64,000 bases of DNA from Octopus vulgaris (Eukaryota): contig OX597817.1 in the NCBI GenBank assembly GCA_951406725.2, forward strand, positions 40,362,001 through 40,426,000. Direction: 5' to 3'. Numbering within the stretch: position 1 is the first letter of the stretch; each line of letters opens with the position of its first letter. Made by a program: the position numbers and the translations under genes. Of the stretch, positions 24,396 to 37,175 are shown one piece after another. A model generated the notes under the pieces. That model was not told the origin of the DNA and searched no databases. It saw only the letters and a program-made list of their open reading frames with translations.

Positions 24396-24718
24396 GGTGC
24401 ATGGCTCAGTGGTTAGAATGTCGATCTTACGATTGTGAGTTCGAATCCCAGACTGGGCTGCATGTTGTGTTCTTGAGCAAGACACTTTATTTCACTTTGC
24501 TCCAGTTCACTCAGCTGTAGAAATGAGTTACGATGTCACAGGCGCCAAGCTGTATCGGCCTTTGCCTTTCCTTTGGATAACACTGGTGGCATAGAAATGG
24601 GAGGCCGGTGTGCGTGGGCGACTGCTGGTCTTCCATAAACAACCTTGCTCGGACTTGTGCCTGGGAGGGTAACTTTCTAGGTGCAATCCCATGGTCAGTC
24701 ATGATCGAAGGGGGTCTC
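24396..24718 (+). mobile_element. SINE family C
   Basis: Colinear with 17447-17780. Confidence 0.75.
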
Positions 24719-25050
24719 AGCATCAGATGAGAGAATCAGTAAGTACAAGTATTAGACTATACACCTGTCAGTACAGAGAAATAAAATTGTTTAAAGAATA
24801 AATTACCTTGAGCTGACAGCTGTATGAAACAACAATAATTAAGGTAATGTTAACACATTTTATGTAGTGGGCATTAAAAAACTTTTATTCTCTAAAACAT
24901 TCCAATTTTCAAATACTTTGACATTTTTTTTTATTTAATAAAAGAATGCAAAATTAAATTTTTTTTTATTATTCCAGTACATGACAACAATTCCTTGGAT
25001 TTTGGCCCAGTTCTTAGCAAATAATAATAATAATAATGATGATGATGATG

Positions 25051-25545
25051 ATTTCTTTTATTTGTCACCAGGGCAAAGGATGAGGGGACAATACAAAGAC
25101 AGAGGGGACAATACAAAGACAGACATAAAGTGTTGGGGTTTACATATAACGGAATAATAAAATAAGAAGTATACTTGGTATATATTAGAAGAAGGGAAGT
25201 ATACTCAGTATATGACACTAGAAAAAGAGGGGAGAAAAAAGGGGATCATGATGGGATCCCTCTGGTTCAGGATGACATCTAGGGACAATCAAGGAACCCC
25301 ACCATCCAAGACCACTCTGAGTACCAAGGACGAGAGTCCACTCCAATTTCCTTCTTCCGACTCACAGGTTTACACTGAGAGTGGTACCATCCACTCTTGC
25401 CATTTTTGCATCTTTCACCCACCTTTTCATAAATTCACTCGAGGACAGCACCTCCCTCTCTATCCTCACTTTCCTTTTCAAGTGAAACTTGAAAAAGTTA
25501 ATGAGGGCTTTGCCAAAGAGGAAAGTTTCTGTTATCATTCCTTTT
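25051..25545 (-). mobile_element. Tx1/L1-clade LINE 3' end, second subfamily
   Basis: The minus strand translates to GKALINFFKFHLKRKVRIEREVLSSSEFMKRWVKDAKMARVDG, homologous to GSALVTYFRFHLKRKVELEKRCLSACEFDKIWKRVARLLRVRG of ORF 3023-4090. The tail ends AATAAAGAAAT. Confidence 0.8.
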
Positions 25546-26849
25546 GGCCTAATAATTTATTATAATAATTCTTTCTAACACCTGAAATTTTGAGGGAAGA
25601 GGCTAGTTGATTACATCAGCCCCTGTGCATAACTGGTATTTATCCATTGACCTCAGAAGGATGAAAGGTCAACCATGGCAGAATTTGAACTCAGACTGTA
25701 AGGACAGACAAAATGCTACTAAGCACTTAGCCTGGCTTGCTAACCATTCTGAGCTTGCCACCTTATATAATAATAATAATGATGAAAGGCATGAAATTTG
25801 CAGAGATGGGGTAAGTCAGTCACATCAACCCCAGTGTTGAATTGATAATTATTTCATCAATCCTGAAAGGATGAAAGGCAAAGCAGAATTTGAACTTAGA
25901 ATGTCAAGGTGGTTGAAATACTGCTAAGCATTTTTGACCAGTATGTTAATGATTCTGCTATCTCAGCTAATTATTATTAAGGTGTTGAGCTTGCAGAATC
26001 ATTCGCTCACTTCATCCTTTCAGGGTCAAAAAAAATAAGTACCTGTTGTGTACTGTGTTTTGTGCATATAGTAGAAAGAATTGTTAGGGTTGATAAAATA
26101 AGTATCCCCGCCCCCAAAATTGCTGGCCTTGTGCCAAAAATTGGCGATCATAATCATAATCATCATCATCATTATTATTATTATTCATTTCTAGGCATAA
26201 GGCCCAAAATTTTGGGGGAGGGAGCTGAGGTCAAGTTTGCCTTTCATCCTTTCAGGGTTGATAAATTAAGTTCCAGTTGAATACTGGGCTCGATGTAATC
26301 GACTTGTCCTCTCCCACAAAATTGCTGCCCTTGTGGCAAAATTTGAAACCATTATTATTATTAATGTTCTTGCTCTTCTGCTCAAAATCTTGCTATGGTC
26401 AACTTTACCTTTCATTCCTGAAGGGTCAGTAAAATGAAGCATCAGTCAAGTTTTGGGGTCAGTGAATATTGACTAAAACCCTTAAAACCCTTAAAAACTT
26501 AAAATGTAAAATGCTGGAATAAATGCTGCAAGGCATCTTTTCCATTGGCCTAATGCTTCTGCTAGATCATCACCTCATTTCTGATGTAGACACCAGGCAA
26601 GTAGTTTTAGAGGAAAGGTTTAATTGCTTAAACCAGCCCCAGTATCTGACTGATATTCTAGTTTTATCACTTGGTCCAGGAATTGAACCTGCAATTTTAG
26701 GATCAGGACCTAAAGACGACAACCAACAGATCGCACAAGCAATGGTTGCCTGTAATTTGGTTTGTTTTAAGATGAAATCTCGTGTTTTATATACAAGATT
26801 CTATCATTGCTGAATGATCTTACATATTCTGGTGCTTTAAAGTGCATTA

Positions 26850-27215
26850 ACTAATGTATGTTTTGGTTATATGTGCATTAATGTATGTATGTATGTTTTG
26901 TATGCATGTATGTGATATGTTTATAAGGAGTGTGTATGTATGTGTATGAGTAAAGAGTATGTGTGTATGTATTTGCATGTATGTATGTATATATGCATAT
27001 GAATGTGTGTATATATACGTACATATATATATATGTATGTATATATTATATATGTGTATATGTATATATATATGCATACATTCATATATATATATATATA
27101 TATGTATATATTATATATGTGTATATGTATATATATGCATACATACATTCATATATATATATGTGTATATATATATATATATGTATGTATATATACATGT
27201 ATGTATATATACGTG

Positions 27216-27255
<40 letters not shown>
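26850..27255. repeat. Compound (TA)/(TG)/(TATG) microsatellite
   Basis: Seen directly in the sequence. Confidence 0.95.
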
Positions 27256-27257
<2 letters not shown>

Positions 27258-27573
27258 AAATCAAAGTTATTTCAGTAAACACAACTTTCTCTCCCTCTCT
27301 CTCTCTCACTTATCTATCTACTTGTAGTTTCCTTCCTTACTCTGACAGCCACTCTTTCCATTTGTCAGTTCCAAAAGCTAAAAGCTTCAGACTACTGAAA
27401 CTGCCGGCTGATGTTAAAAAAAAATGTATTCTCACATGTTCACTAAAAACAAAAACAAAAAATGCACACCAGTTCCTGCTAATTAGATTGGACGGATGCC
27501 TTGCAATATCCAATGCCTCGTACTTTGCTGTTTGCTCCAAAGTGATATTTTGTAAGGGTTACATTTTATTATT

Positions 27574-27604
<31 letters not shown>

Positions 27605-27739
27605 TTTTATGTCATTCTGGAATAATTAAAATGAGAACTGATAATATTCTGGACTTAATAAGGTTTCAATTATTTATCTTGGTCAATGTCAACTGTGGTG
27701 TTTTGGTGTTTATTACTTGCAATTGTTCCTTTGTAATTT

Positions 27740-27773
<34 letters not shown>

Positions 27774-27985
27774 TTTTATCTTGTACTTGGACTGGGGCCA
27801 TGCTGGGATACTGCCTTGAAGTGATTTACTTGAGCAAATCAACCTCAGTACATTTTTTTATTTGCATTTTTAAGTTTGGTACTTACTCTATTGACCCTTT
27901 TGCTGAATTACTAAGTTATGGGGATGTAAACAAACAAACACCAGTTGTCAAATAGTGAGGGAAACAAACACACACACACACACAC

Positions 27986-28028
<43 letters not shown>

Positions 28029-28680
28029 ACACACACACATGCCAGTACTGCCTGACTGGCCCTTGTGCTGGTGGCATGTAAAAAGCACCCAGTACACTCA
28101 GAGTGGTTGGTGTTAGGAAGAGCATCCAGCTGTAGAAAATTTGCCCGGTCAGTTTAGAGCCTGGTACAGCATTCTGGCTTGCAAGTCCTCAGTCAAACCG
28201 TCCAACCCATGCCAGCATGGAAAGCAGACGTTAAACGACGATGATGATGATGATGACACACGACAAGCTTCTACACAGTTTCCATCTAACACATTCAATC
28301 AAAAGGCATTGGTTGACCTGTGGCTATAGTGGAAGACACTTATCCAAGCAGCCCACAGTAGGACTGAACCCAAAACTATATGATTGCAAAGCGAGCTTCT
28401 TAATCACATAGCCATGCCTAAAAATTTTACCTCTAGGTACAACATTTAGAAATGCCTGCAAAGGGAAATAATGTTATTGCAAAGAATGTGGTTTTTTTTA
28501 AAGAGGTGAGGCTTTATGCATTTGTCAGAAGAGGAAGATGATGTCCTTATTTCCTTACAGATCTTCCAACAACTGGTGAAAGAAAAGGAGGAAGCTATTT
28601 TCAGGCCAGAGTTTTGGCATGAATACTTGTTACAGAGTGGATTCTGCTAAAGACAGCCAAGGATCAGTTGGTGGTGTTAA

Positions 28681-29131
28681 ACCTTTTGATACCAACCTGG
28701 CTGAAACCGCCTTTGGCTCTGTAATACAAATGTATTGTTTTCAAAAGTTCTGAATTAAAATCTTCCACCAAACCTTAGCCACAATTTATGTTCCTAACAC
28801 TAGCTTAATGATAACTAAGTTATTTTACTAAATTCTTTCTTATATTTAAAATTAATTCAAAGAAACACAGAGCATCTCAACAGAAATATGGTAACAAAGG
28901 GGTTAACAAATGATTGATTTAACCCTTTCGATACCAACCTAGCTGAAACCACTTCTGGCTCTGTAGTACAAATGTCTTGTTTTCATAAGTTTTGAATAAA
29001 AATCTTCCACCAAACCTTAGCCACAATTTATGTTCCTAACACTAGCTTAATGATAACTAAGTCTTTGTTATATTTAAAATCAATTGAAAGAAACACAGAG
29101 CATCTCAACGGAATTATGGTAACAAAAATAA
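28681..29131. mobile_element. Two tandem piggyBac-like MITE family 1 copies (28681-28902, 28923-29131)
   Basis: Each copy is bounded by TTAA. They have the same orientation and are 20 bp apart. Confidence 0.8.
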
Positions 29132-29477
29132 TTAAACTGAGTTACAGATGAAGGCTACCAACTAATGACAAAGTCAGTTCTTCTAACAAGTTTCTGCACT
29201 GGGGAATATATGTAAGGTGAGGGTCAGACCAAGGCTATGACAGAAGGTCAAGTTACAGAAAAGTAGAATTGAAATAGGAATCACCTTGTCATGCCAGCTT
29301 TCAATAGAATATGTGTAAAAGACAACTCAGTCTTTGGTGATACAACCATGCTATGAATAGAAAAGAAATAAATATCTCATTATCATTATCATCATCTTTT
29401 GAGTTCTGTCTTCCATGCTGGCAAGGGTTAGATGGTTTGGTAGGATCTGATGAGTCCAAGGACTGCGTTTGTGCACA

Positions 29478-29841
29478 GACATGGCTGTATGGTAAGAAGT
29501 TTGCTTCCCAACCACATGGTTCTGGGTTCAGTCCCACGGTGTGGCACCTTGGACAAGTGTATTCTACTATAGCCTCAGGCCAACCAAATCCTTGTGAGTG
29601 GATTTGGTAGACAGAAACTGAAAGAAGCCCGTCGTATATATGTGTGTGTGTGTGCTTGTCCCCACCAACCACTTGACAACCAATGTTGGTGTGTTTATGT
29701 CCCCCTAACTTAGCAGTTCAGCAAAAGAACCTGATAGAATAAGTACCAGGCTTCAAAAATAATAAGCACTGGAGTTGATTTTTCTCGATAAAAATTCTGC
29801 AAAGCAGTGCCCCAAAATGGCCACAGTCTAATGACTGAAAC
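29478..29841 (+). mobile_element. SINE family A
   Basis: Full head-to-tail similarity to 51347-51736. Confidence 0.75.
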
Positions 29842-32047
29842 AGAATGGTTTTTACAACTGGATGCTTTTCCTAACATCAACTACTTTCCAAAGTGTACTA
29901 GGTGCTTTTTTTCATTGTGCCAGCACTGGTGAGGTTGCAATGCAGCTCACAGGACTAAGATCCTCTTTGACTGAGTGGGGTTACTATAGAAAAGGAGGTA
30001 GGTTTATGCTGGGTGATGTGAGGTTAACATATGAAAGAAGGGGTCAGAACAAGTCTTTTTGTTGTAGAGGAGATACATAGCTACTCACATTATGAAAGAC
30101 TGGGTGAGTGTTTGAAAGAGAGCTAAAAATAGTGATGAGGTGTCAGGGTATACTCTCAAAGTACAAGAAGGTGAATGAAAATGAGTAAAAAAAAGAACAG
30201 GGAAGGTGGGTGCATTGAGATTGCAAGAGTGTACAGGGAGAAAGAGAGATGGTTAGAGATGGTGGAATATTGATTTGTGCTTAGGAAAAAATAGTATTGA
30301 AGTATTATGTAATATTAATTCTTGTATAGGTCCACGCTCACCATCTTTTTTGTGGTGGTGGTGGTGATAATGGTAGGCTTTGTGACTGTGTGGTATTTAT
30401 GCCTTTCTTAAAGATAACAGTAACATACGTGATGTGAAACAGCTAGAAAGAGGAGTCCATAGTGTTCATTGTTGCAGTCTGTGGTTGATAAACAGAATCC
30501 TGTCCATTAGCGGTTTCTTCCATTTCAGTGAACTCTTGTGGCACTTTAAGTAAAGAATGGTTTCTCAAGTGACTCTGTATTGAATTAATAAGCCATGGCA
30601 GTTCATGTTATCTTGCTCAGGCACTACTGTATTGATTTATCACATTTTCCTACACTTTAAAAGAACTTGAAATCAGGAATATTGTTTCCAATCGCTCAAT
30701 AGTTGCATCCGTCTGAGATTCAAGTGCTAACTAATTGAAATATTCTCAGTTGAGTTTCGTACGATTGTTTTGTTACAATCCTGATGGAGTCAGCTGCATT
30801 TCAGAATTTATAATTATGTGAACACTGGAGAACTGAAGCAAGCTCTTGAAGAGATTGAATCAGTGAACTGACGTTTTTACTTCGATTTCACCATGGTATA
30901 CCTTTGGGAAATGTATGAATATCAAAATCTCATTTCCATTCATCTGTAAATCCGAGATCCTATCGCCATATTAAATATCATTAAATTGGTTAAACATGTA
31001 AAAATAGCAGTAATTTGACACTGTTGAATATTGGTATATTCATTTTGTCATTTTACCCCATGTCAGTTCTGAATGAACATATTTACGATCAAAGGCATTT
31101 CCGCTGTCACTCTAATATTACTGGCATTGCATACCCTGAACTACATTATCCAATGTGCTTTGTTTCTTTAAAGATTATAACATATGATTTGAGGGAGATT
31201 TGGCTGTTATTTCGAGCAGGTTAAACAACCAAGTTGAAGCTCTTTCATGTTTTTCTCATAATTTATTTTTCATTGACAATTAAAATTAGGCCATCGAGTC
31301 CTTTGAATGTATACTGTTCTAATTTTAATTAATTAGAGAATTTTATATATTTACTAATAAACAAGCAGTATTGACTAATGATGATTTTTGTAAATATGAA
31401 TAATGGGTGTATGTATGGCTGTGTGGGTAAGAAGTTTGCTTCTCAACCACATAACTTCAGGTTCAATTCCAATGTGTAGCACCTTGGACGAGTGTTTTCT
31501 ACTTTAGCCCCAAACTGTGGTACCTTGTGATGGAATTTAGTTGACAGAAGCTGGGAAAGAAACCATCATATCTCTTTCACTTTTCCTTCTTTCAATCATG
31601 TGACTGTGGCCCTGATTGGGCACCAATTTGAAGGATTTTATTATTTTTTTTGTGTTGAATGGATTAACTCCTAGTGTTTATTCTAATCTTAGTACCTATT
31701 TTATCGAGTCCTTTGCTGAACCACTAGGTTATAAGGACATAAACAAACTAGCACCTGTTGTCAAATGGTGTAGGGGTGGGTAGACAAACATAAAGACAGA
31801 TGCACACACACATGCACACACGCACACACACAAACACACACACATACACACACACAGATAATGAGCTTTCACACAGTTTCTGTCTTTGAAATTCACTCAA
31901 GGCATTGGTTGGCTCAGGACCGTAGCAGAAGACACATGCCCAAGTTGCTGTGCAGTGGAACTGAACCTGAAACCAAGTGGTTGCAAAGCAAGCTTCTTAA
32001 CCACACACCAAACTTCTTAACTTCTTAATGACATAGCCATACCAGCA

Positions 32048-32084
<37 letters not shown>

Positions 32085-32155
32085 ATAGTAATGGTAAAAC
32101 AACAAAAGAATGAAAGAGACCGTGATACTATGTAAATAGAGGAATTTATCTGTAA

Positions 32156-32367
32156 ATATAATATGTGACAATTATTCGGTAGCCATGATAAAACTCCAGC
32201 TTTCAAATGTTGGGGCGGAAACCTGCACCGGCATCTCTTCAATTATCGGGCCATCAAATAATTTTTTGATGGCCCAATAACTGAAGAGATGCCGGTGCGG
32301 GTTTCTGCCCCAACATCTGAAACTCGGAGTTTTATCATGGCTACCGAATAATTGTCACATATTATAT
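32156..32367. mobile_element. Head-to-head inverted pair of Penelope-type terminal repeats (~210-bp imperfect palindrome)
   Basis: 32156-32258 is the reverse complement of ~32265-32367 with scattered mismatches. Each arm carries a hammerhead-like motif. Confidence 0.65.
32277..32335 (+). ncRNA. Type I hammerhead ribozyme motif
   Basis: ATAA-CTGAAGA-GATG...CATC-T-GAAA-CTCGGAG-TT-TTAT. Stem I is ATAA/TTAT, stem II is GATG/CATC with a long loop and stem III is the near-palindrome ACTC-G-GAGT. Confidence 0.55.
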
Positions 32368-32382
32368 ATATATATATATATT

Positions 32383-32789
32383 AAAAAGCAGCAAAAATGT
32401 CACAGTCAGAGTTACACATTCCCCTTTGTCGGACAGTTTTGTTTAGAAATGACAAAATGAATAACTCAATATTCGACAGTGTCAAATTACTGCTATTTTT
32501 ACATGTTTAACCAATTTAATGATATTTAATGTAGCGATAGGATCTCTGATTTACGGATGAATGGAAACGAGATTTTGATATTCATACATTTCCCAAAGGC
32601 ATACCATGGTGAAATCGAAGTAAAAACGTCAGTTCATTGATTCTAAACAAAACTGTCTGATGAATGGGAATGTGAAAATCTGAGTAACAGTTTTTGTGAT
32701 ATTTTTGCTGCTTTCGAATAAAGCATATTACTCTACCTCTGGTATTTGAGTACTACTATTTCCCACCTTGTTTCACATTTATGTCCTTA

Positions 32790-32790
<1 letters not shown>
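32383..32790 (+). mobile_element. Penelope-type element with an inverted 5' terminal repeat enclosing a 197-bp block
   Basis: 32383-32446 (AAAGCAGCAAAAATGTCACA...GACAGTTTTGTTTAG) is an inverted, partly deleted copy of 32643-32714. Confidence 0.55.
32649..32694 (+). ncRNA. Minimal hammerhead motif with a reduced stem II
   Basis: AAAACTGT-CTGATGA-atgggaatgt-GAAA-atctgag-TA-ACAGTTTT. Stem I is a perfect 8 bp, the CUGAUGA and GAAA cores are canonical and the site is GUA. Stem III has one mismatch (the inverted copy implies ACTC-T-GAGT). Confidence 0.55.
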
Positions 32791-32875
<85 letters not shown>

Positions 32876-35800
32876 ACACACACACACACATCTTATCTCT
32901 TTTATTTGTTTCAGTCATCAGACTGTGGCCATGCTGGGACACCACTGTGAGGGATATTAGTTGAAATGGATCAACTCCAGTATTTCCATTTTTTTTAAAG
33001 CCTGTTACTTATTCTAATGGTCTCCTTGCTGAACCCACACCCATACCAGTTGTCAGTCGGTGGTGGGGTCAGCCACACACACACATACACACACACACAT
33101 ATATATATGCACACACACACGTATATATACACACACATATGTACATATACTTATATATGTACATATACATGAATATATATATATAAATATACATATATAA
33201 ATACACACACACACATTCACTTATATATATGTATACACATATATATGCATACACACACACACACCTATATATGTATACACATATATATACATACACACAC
33301 ACATACAACGGGTTTCTTTCAGTTTCTGTCTACCAAATCCACTCACAAAGCTTTGGTCATCCCGAAGCTATAGTGGAAGACACTTGCCCAAGGTACTATG
33401 TAGTGGGACTGAACCCAGGACCACGTGGTTAGGGAAGCAAACATCTTTCCACACAGCCAATATGTGTAAAATGTTTACAGTCAATATTGAGCTATGCCTT
33501 CAGATGGTGATATCAGCTTTCACAGCTCACCGAGTTTTGCAGTGATATTTGTGGCTTGGTTGTATCAAATGACATTTGTTGAAATTTCTTGTCAAACAAA
33601 TCATCTGATAGCTTTGCACATTCTAATTTCCTCATGGTAAAAAAAATCCCATTTAAAAAAAAAAACAGCAATGGTTAGCAACAGAGAGAGCATCATGCTG
33701 TAAATAATTCCTCAAATATTTCCTCTGTCTAATCTACACTAGCATGGGAAAAAAAACGAACGAATGATTGAACAATGTTTTAAAAACACAAACATAGCTT
33801 GGAAAATCACAAAGGCTACAGTTTTAGAGGAAAATTGCTATGAGCTGTAATGGTAGTTAGTGATGGTGATGATGGTGGTAGTAGTTGTAGATGTTCAAAT
33901 ATAGAACATAAGCTTTTTAAATATTTACATGTATCCTGGATAAAGAACAGACGAAAGAGGATTTGAGTTTTAAGTATTGGCTTTGAATTCCTATGTATAG
34001 AACGATAGAATGTTTTCTCTTTTTTTTTTCTTCCCTGTCAATTTGTGTAGATTATCTTTTAGATTTACAAAATGTAATCTTTATCTAGATTTGGTATTTT
34101 AGCAATCCCTATAAATAGTCCATGAAGCTGTACATTTGAGGGTGTTATTTAACCCTAGGTCAGCTCTGAAGAAGCAGTCTTATGATCCAATGGGCTCTAG
34201 TCATGATTCCACCCCACTGGATTATTTCCAGCCATGACTACTCCTGCCTCTATGGAAAATGGTTGCTAGCCTCTTGATCAGCCCTTCTCCATACCTGAAG
34301 ATCTGGAGAAAACAATGCTGTGTCTGGTGTCCCACAACTTTTCTCAGTGTAATTTTGTTGACTGACAGAGCAAGAGAAAGAGACAGAGAGGAATCAGTCC
34401 CAGTAACTAAATGGTACTTTATCAAATCCAGAAGGATGAATGGCAAACTTGACCGTGATAGGATTTGAACTCAGTGTACAGATTCTATCCGATGCTCTCA
34501 TGAATCTACTAATTCACCAACTTCTTTATGCTTGCAGATGTTTATCTAATAATAATAATAATAACAACAACAACAAAAACAATAATAACAATAATAATAA
34601 TAATAATTTCTGATTTAGGCAAAAGGCCAGCAATTTTTGAATACCTGCCCTGGTACTTTACTGGTGCTTTATTTTAACAATTCCAAAAAAAGTGAAAGAT
34701 TAAGTTAGCCTTGGTGAGTTTTGAACTCAGTTTGTGAAGACTGAGAAGAAATGTTGCTAAGTATTGTATCCAACATGCTAATGATTCTGCCAGCTTGTCA
34801 ATAATAATAATAATTATTATTATTATTGTGTCAAATTTGGAGTAAGGCTAGTAATTTTAGGGGAGCAAATTGTCGATATCATTAACTCCAGATATTTCAT
34901 TGATACTTTATTTAATTGACTATGGAGGGATAAAAACAAAGTTGACTTTATCAAGATTTGAACTCAGTGTGTAAAATGCTGGAACTAATACTGCAAAGCA
35001 TTTTTAACATCTTTTTCTTATGCTCATACAATTCTTTCAATCCATTATCCTAATAATCATCATCATCATCGTTTAATGTTTGCTTTCCGTGCTAGCATGG
35101 GTTAGACAATTTGGCTGCACCAGGCTCCAATCTGATCTGGCAGAGTTTCTACAGCTGGATGCCCTTCCTAATGCCAACCACTCCTAGAGGATTTCAAATT
35201 TTGGCACAAGGCCAGCTATTTTGATGGAAGGAAGTAGGTTAATTAGATTAGTCCCAGTACTTGACTGATACTTTATTTCATTGACTCTGAAAAGGATGAA
35301 AAGCTAAGTCACCTATTGACAGAGTTTGAACTCCGAAGATGAAGAGCCTGAAGGATTACTGCTAAGCATTTTGTCCAACATGATGATGATTCTGACAGTT
35401 AGCCACCTTACATGGTTATCTTCTCAATAATGATGGATTCTCTCATCGAGGACGACATATGAGTGTCCAGCTTTTATTGAATGACCAGGACAAATATTTA
35501 TAGGGATCAAATGTATGTGTTGTACATTAGCTCACTCCATCAAATTGATGTTGCCTGAACAGGTACACGGTGTACCACACTTCAGTTGTTGAAGTGGTTG
35601 CAGAACAATGTGAGATGAAGTGTTTTGCTCAAGAACACAATGCACCACCAAGTTTAGGAATTGAAACCACGATCTCACAATCCTGAGTGCAACACCCTAA
35701 CCACTAAGCCATGACTCATGATAATAATAATAGTAATAATAATGATAATGATGATGATTTCAAATTTTAGCTCAAGGCCTGCAGTTTTGGAATAAATCAA

Positions 35801-36131
35801 TTACATCCACCCCAGTGTTCAACTGGTACTTATTTTATCAACCTTGAAAGAATGAAAACCAAATTTGACCTTGGTGAGATTTGAACTCAGAATGTAAAGA
35901 CAGACAAAATGCCTCTAAGTTTTTTGTCCAATCTGTTAATGGTCCTGCCAGCTTATCACCTTACTACTAATAATAATAATAATAACCTTTTCTTCTATAG
36001 GCACAATGCCTGAGATTTTAGGGGAGGGAGAAAGTTGATCACGTCGCCCCCAGTGCTTAACTGGTACCTGTTTCACTGACCCTGAATGAATGACAGGCAA
36101 AGCCAATCTTAGCAAAATAATAATAGGGGTT

Positions 36132-36284
36132 TTGATGATGTTTATTAACCCCTCAGATCAAAACTGCTGGCCTTGTGCCTTAATCAGAAACATCATCATC
36201 AGAAAGCGGACGCTAAACGATGATGTTTCTGATTAAGGCACAAGGCCAGCAGTTTTGATCTGAGGGGTTAATAAACATCATCAA
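36132..36284. repeat. Perfect 66-bp inverted repeat with a 21-bp spacer
   Basis: 36132-36197 is the reverse complement of 36219-36284. The spacer is ATCAGAAAGCGGACGCTAAAC. Confidence 0.95.
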
Positions 36285-36421
36285 TATCCCTTGGTACTTA
36301 ACTGGTATTTTATTTTATTAAATCTTTTACTTCAGGGAGTTTTGAACTCAGAATGTAAAGTGTTGGAATCAATCCTACCCAAACCACCACACTTTTTTTT
36401 TATCTCTTGAGGTTTGTTTAA

Positions 36422-36641
36422 CCCTTTCAATACCAACCCACCTGAGATTGTCCCTGGTTCTATAATTTGAGCTTCGTGTTGTTAAGTGATCTAAAACCTT
36501 CCATTAATATTTCATGTTAATTTAATTTCCAAACACCAGTTTTAATAATGACATTTATTTTACTAAATTATTCATTTATTTTCAAAATTAGATGTAACAA
36601 AGGCAATGAAATATTTTCAAGAGAAATATGGCAATAAAAGG
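36422..36641. mobile_element. Diverged piggyBac-like MITE family 1 relative
   Basis: TTAA-CCCTTTCAATACCAAC start, colinear with 28923-29131. Confidence 0.6.
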
Positions 36642-36710
36642 TTGATAATAATGATTAATAACATTGATAATAATCATAATAATAATGATAATAATAGTAA
36701 TAATAAATAA

Positions 36711-37175
36711 TGTACATTGTTTTGTCTTCGTATAAAAGATGGGCTACAGCAAATATTCTCAATACCACCGATTTGCTTGTCAGTTGTTTGACCTTAACCA
36801 GTTGAGCATGTCCCTTAGTGGCTGACGATATGTGCATCTCTGATCATGAGCAGAAGTAGTGGAGGAGCATGTGTTGAGAGGGATTCTTTGGGGTTTGAAT
36901 AATTCACCTCTGGAAACATGGGTGTTTCATTCAACATCCTTAAACAACCCTTATTCAGGGACCTTTTGAGCAGGATGGGCTACTCGACCAGAAGAAAATT
37001 CTAACTGAGCCCCATCTGCAAGGACATGTGCTGTTTATCTTGATATGATATCACCATGTCGCGCACATATGGTTGTGATGCATGTGTCTAGTGTACCCTT
37101 ATCAGACGGGTAGTTATGATGGGTATACTGGGCTTCGTATATTCTACCCCACTGTCACTTTGATGGCATGCACTC
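36711..37175. mobile_element. Unassigned interspersed element embedded in (AAT)n repeats
   Basis: A higher-GC ~465-bp block with (TAA)n runs on both sides and no convincing ORF. Confidence 0.4.
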
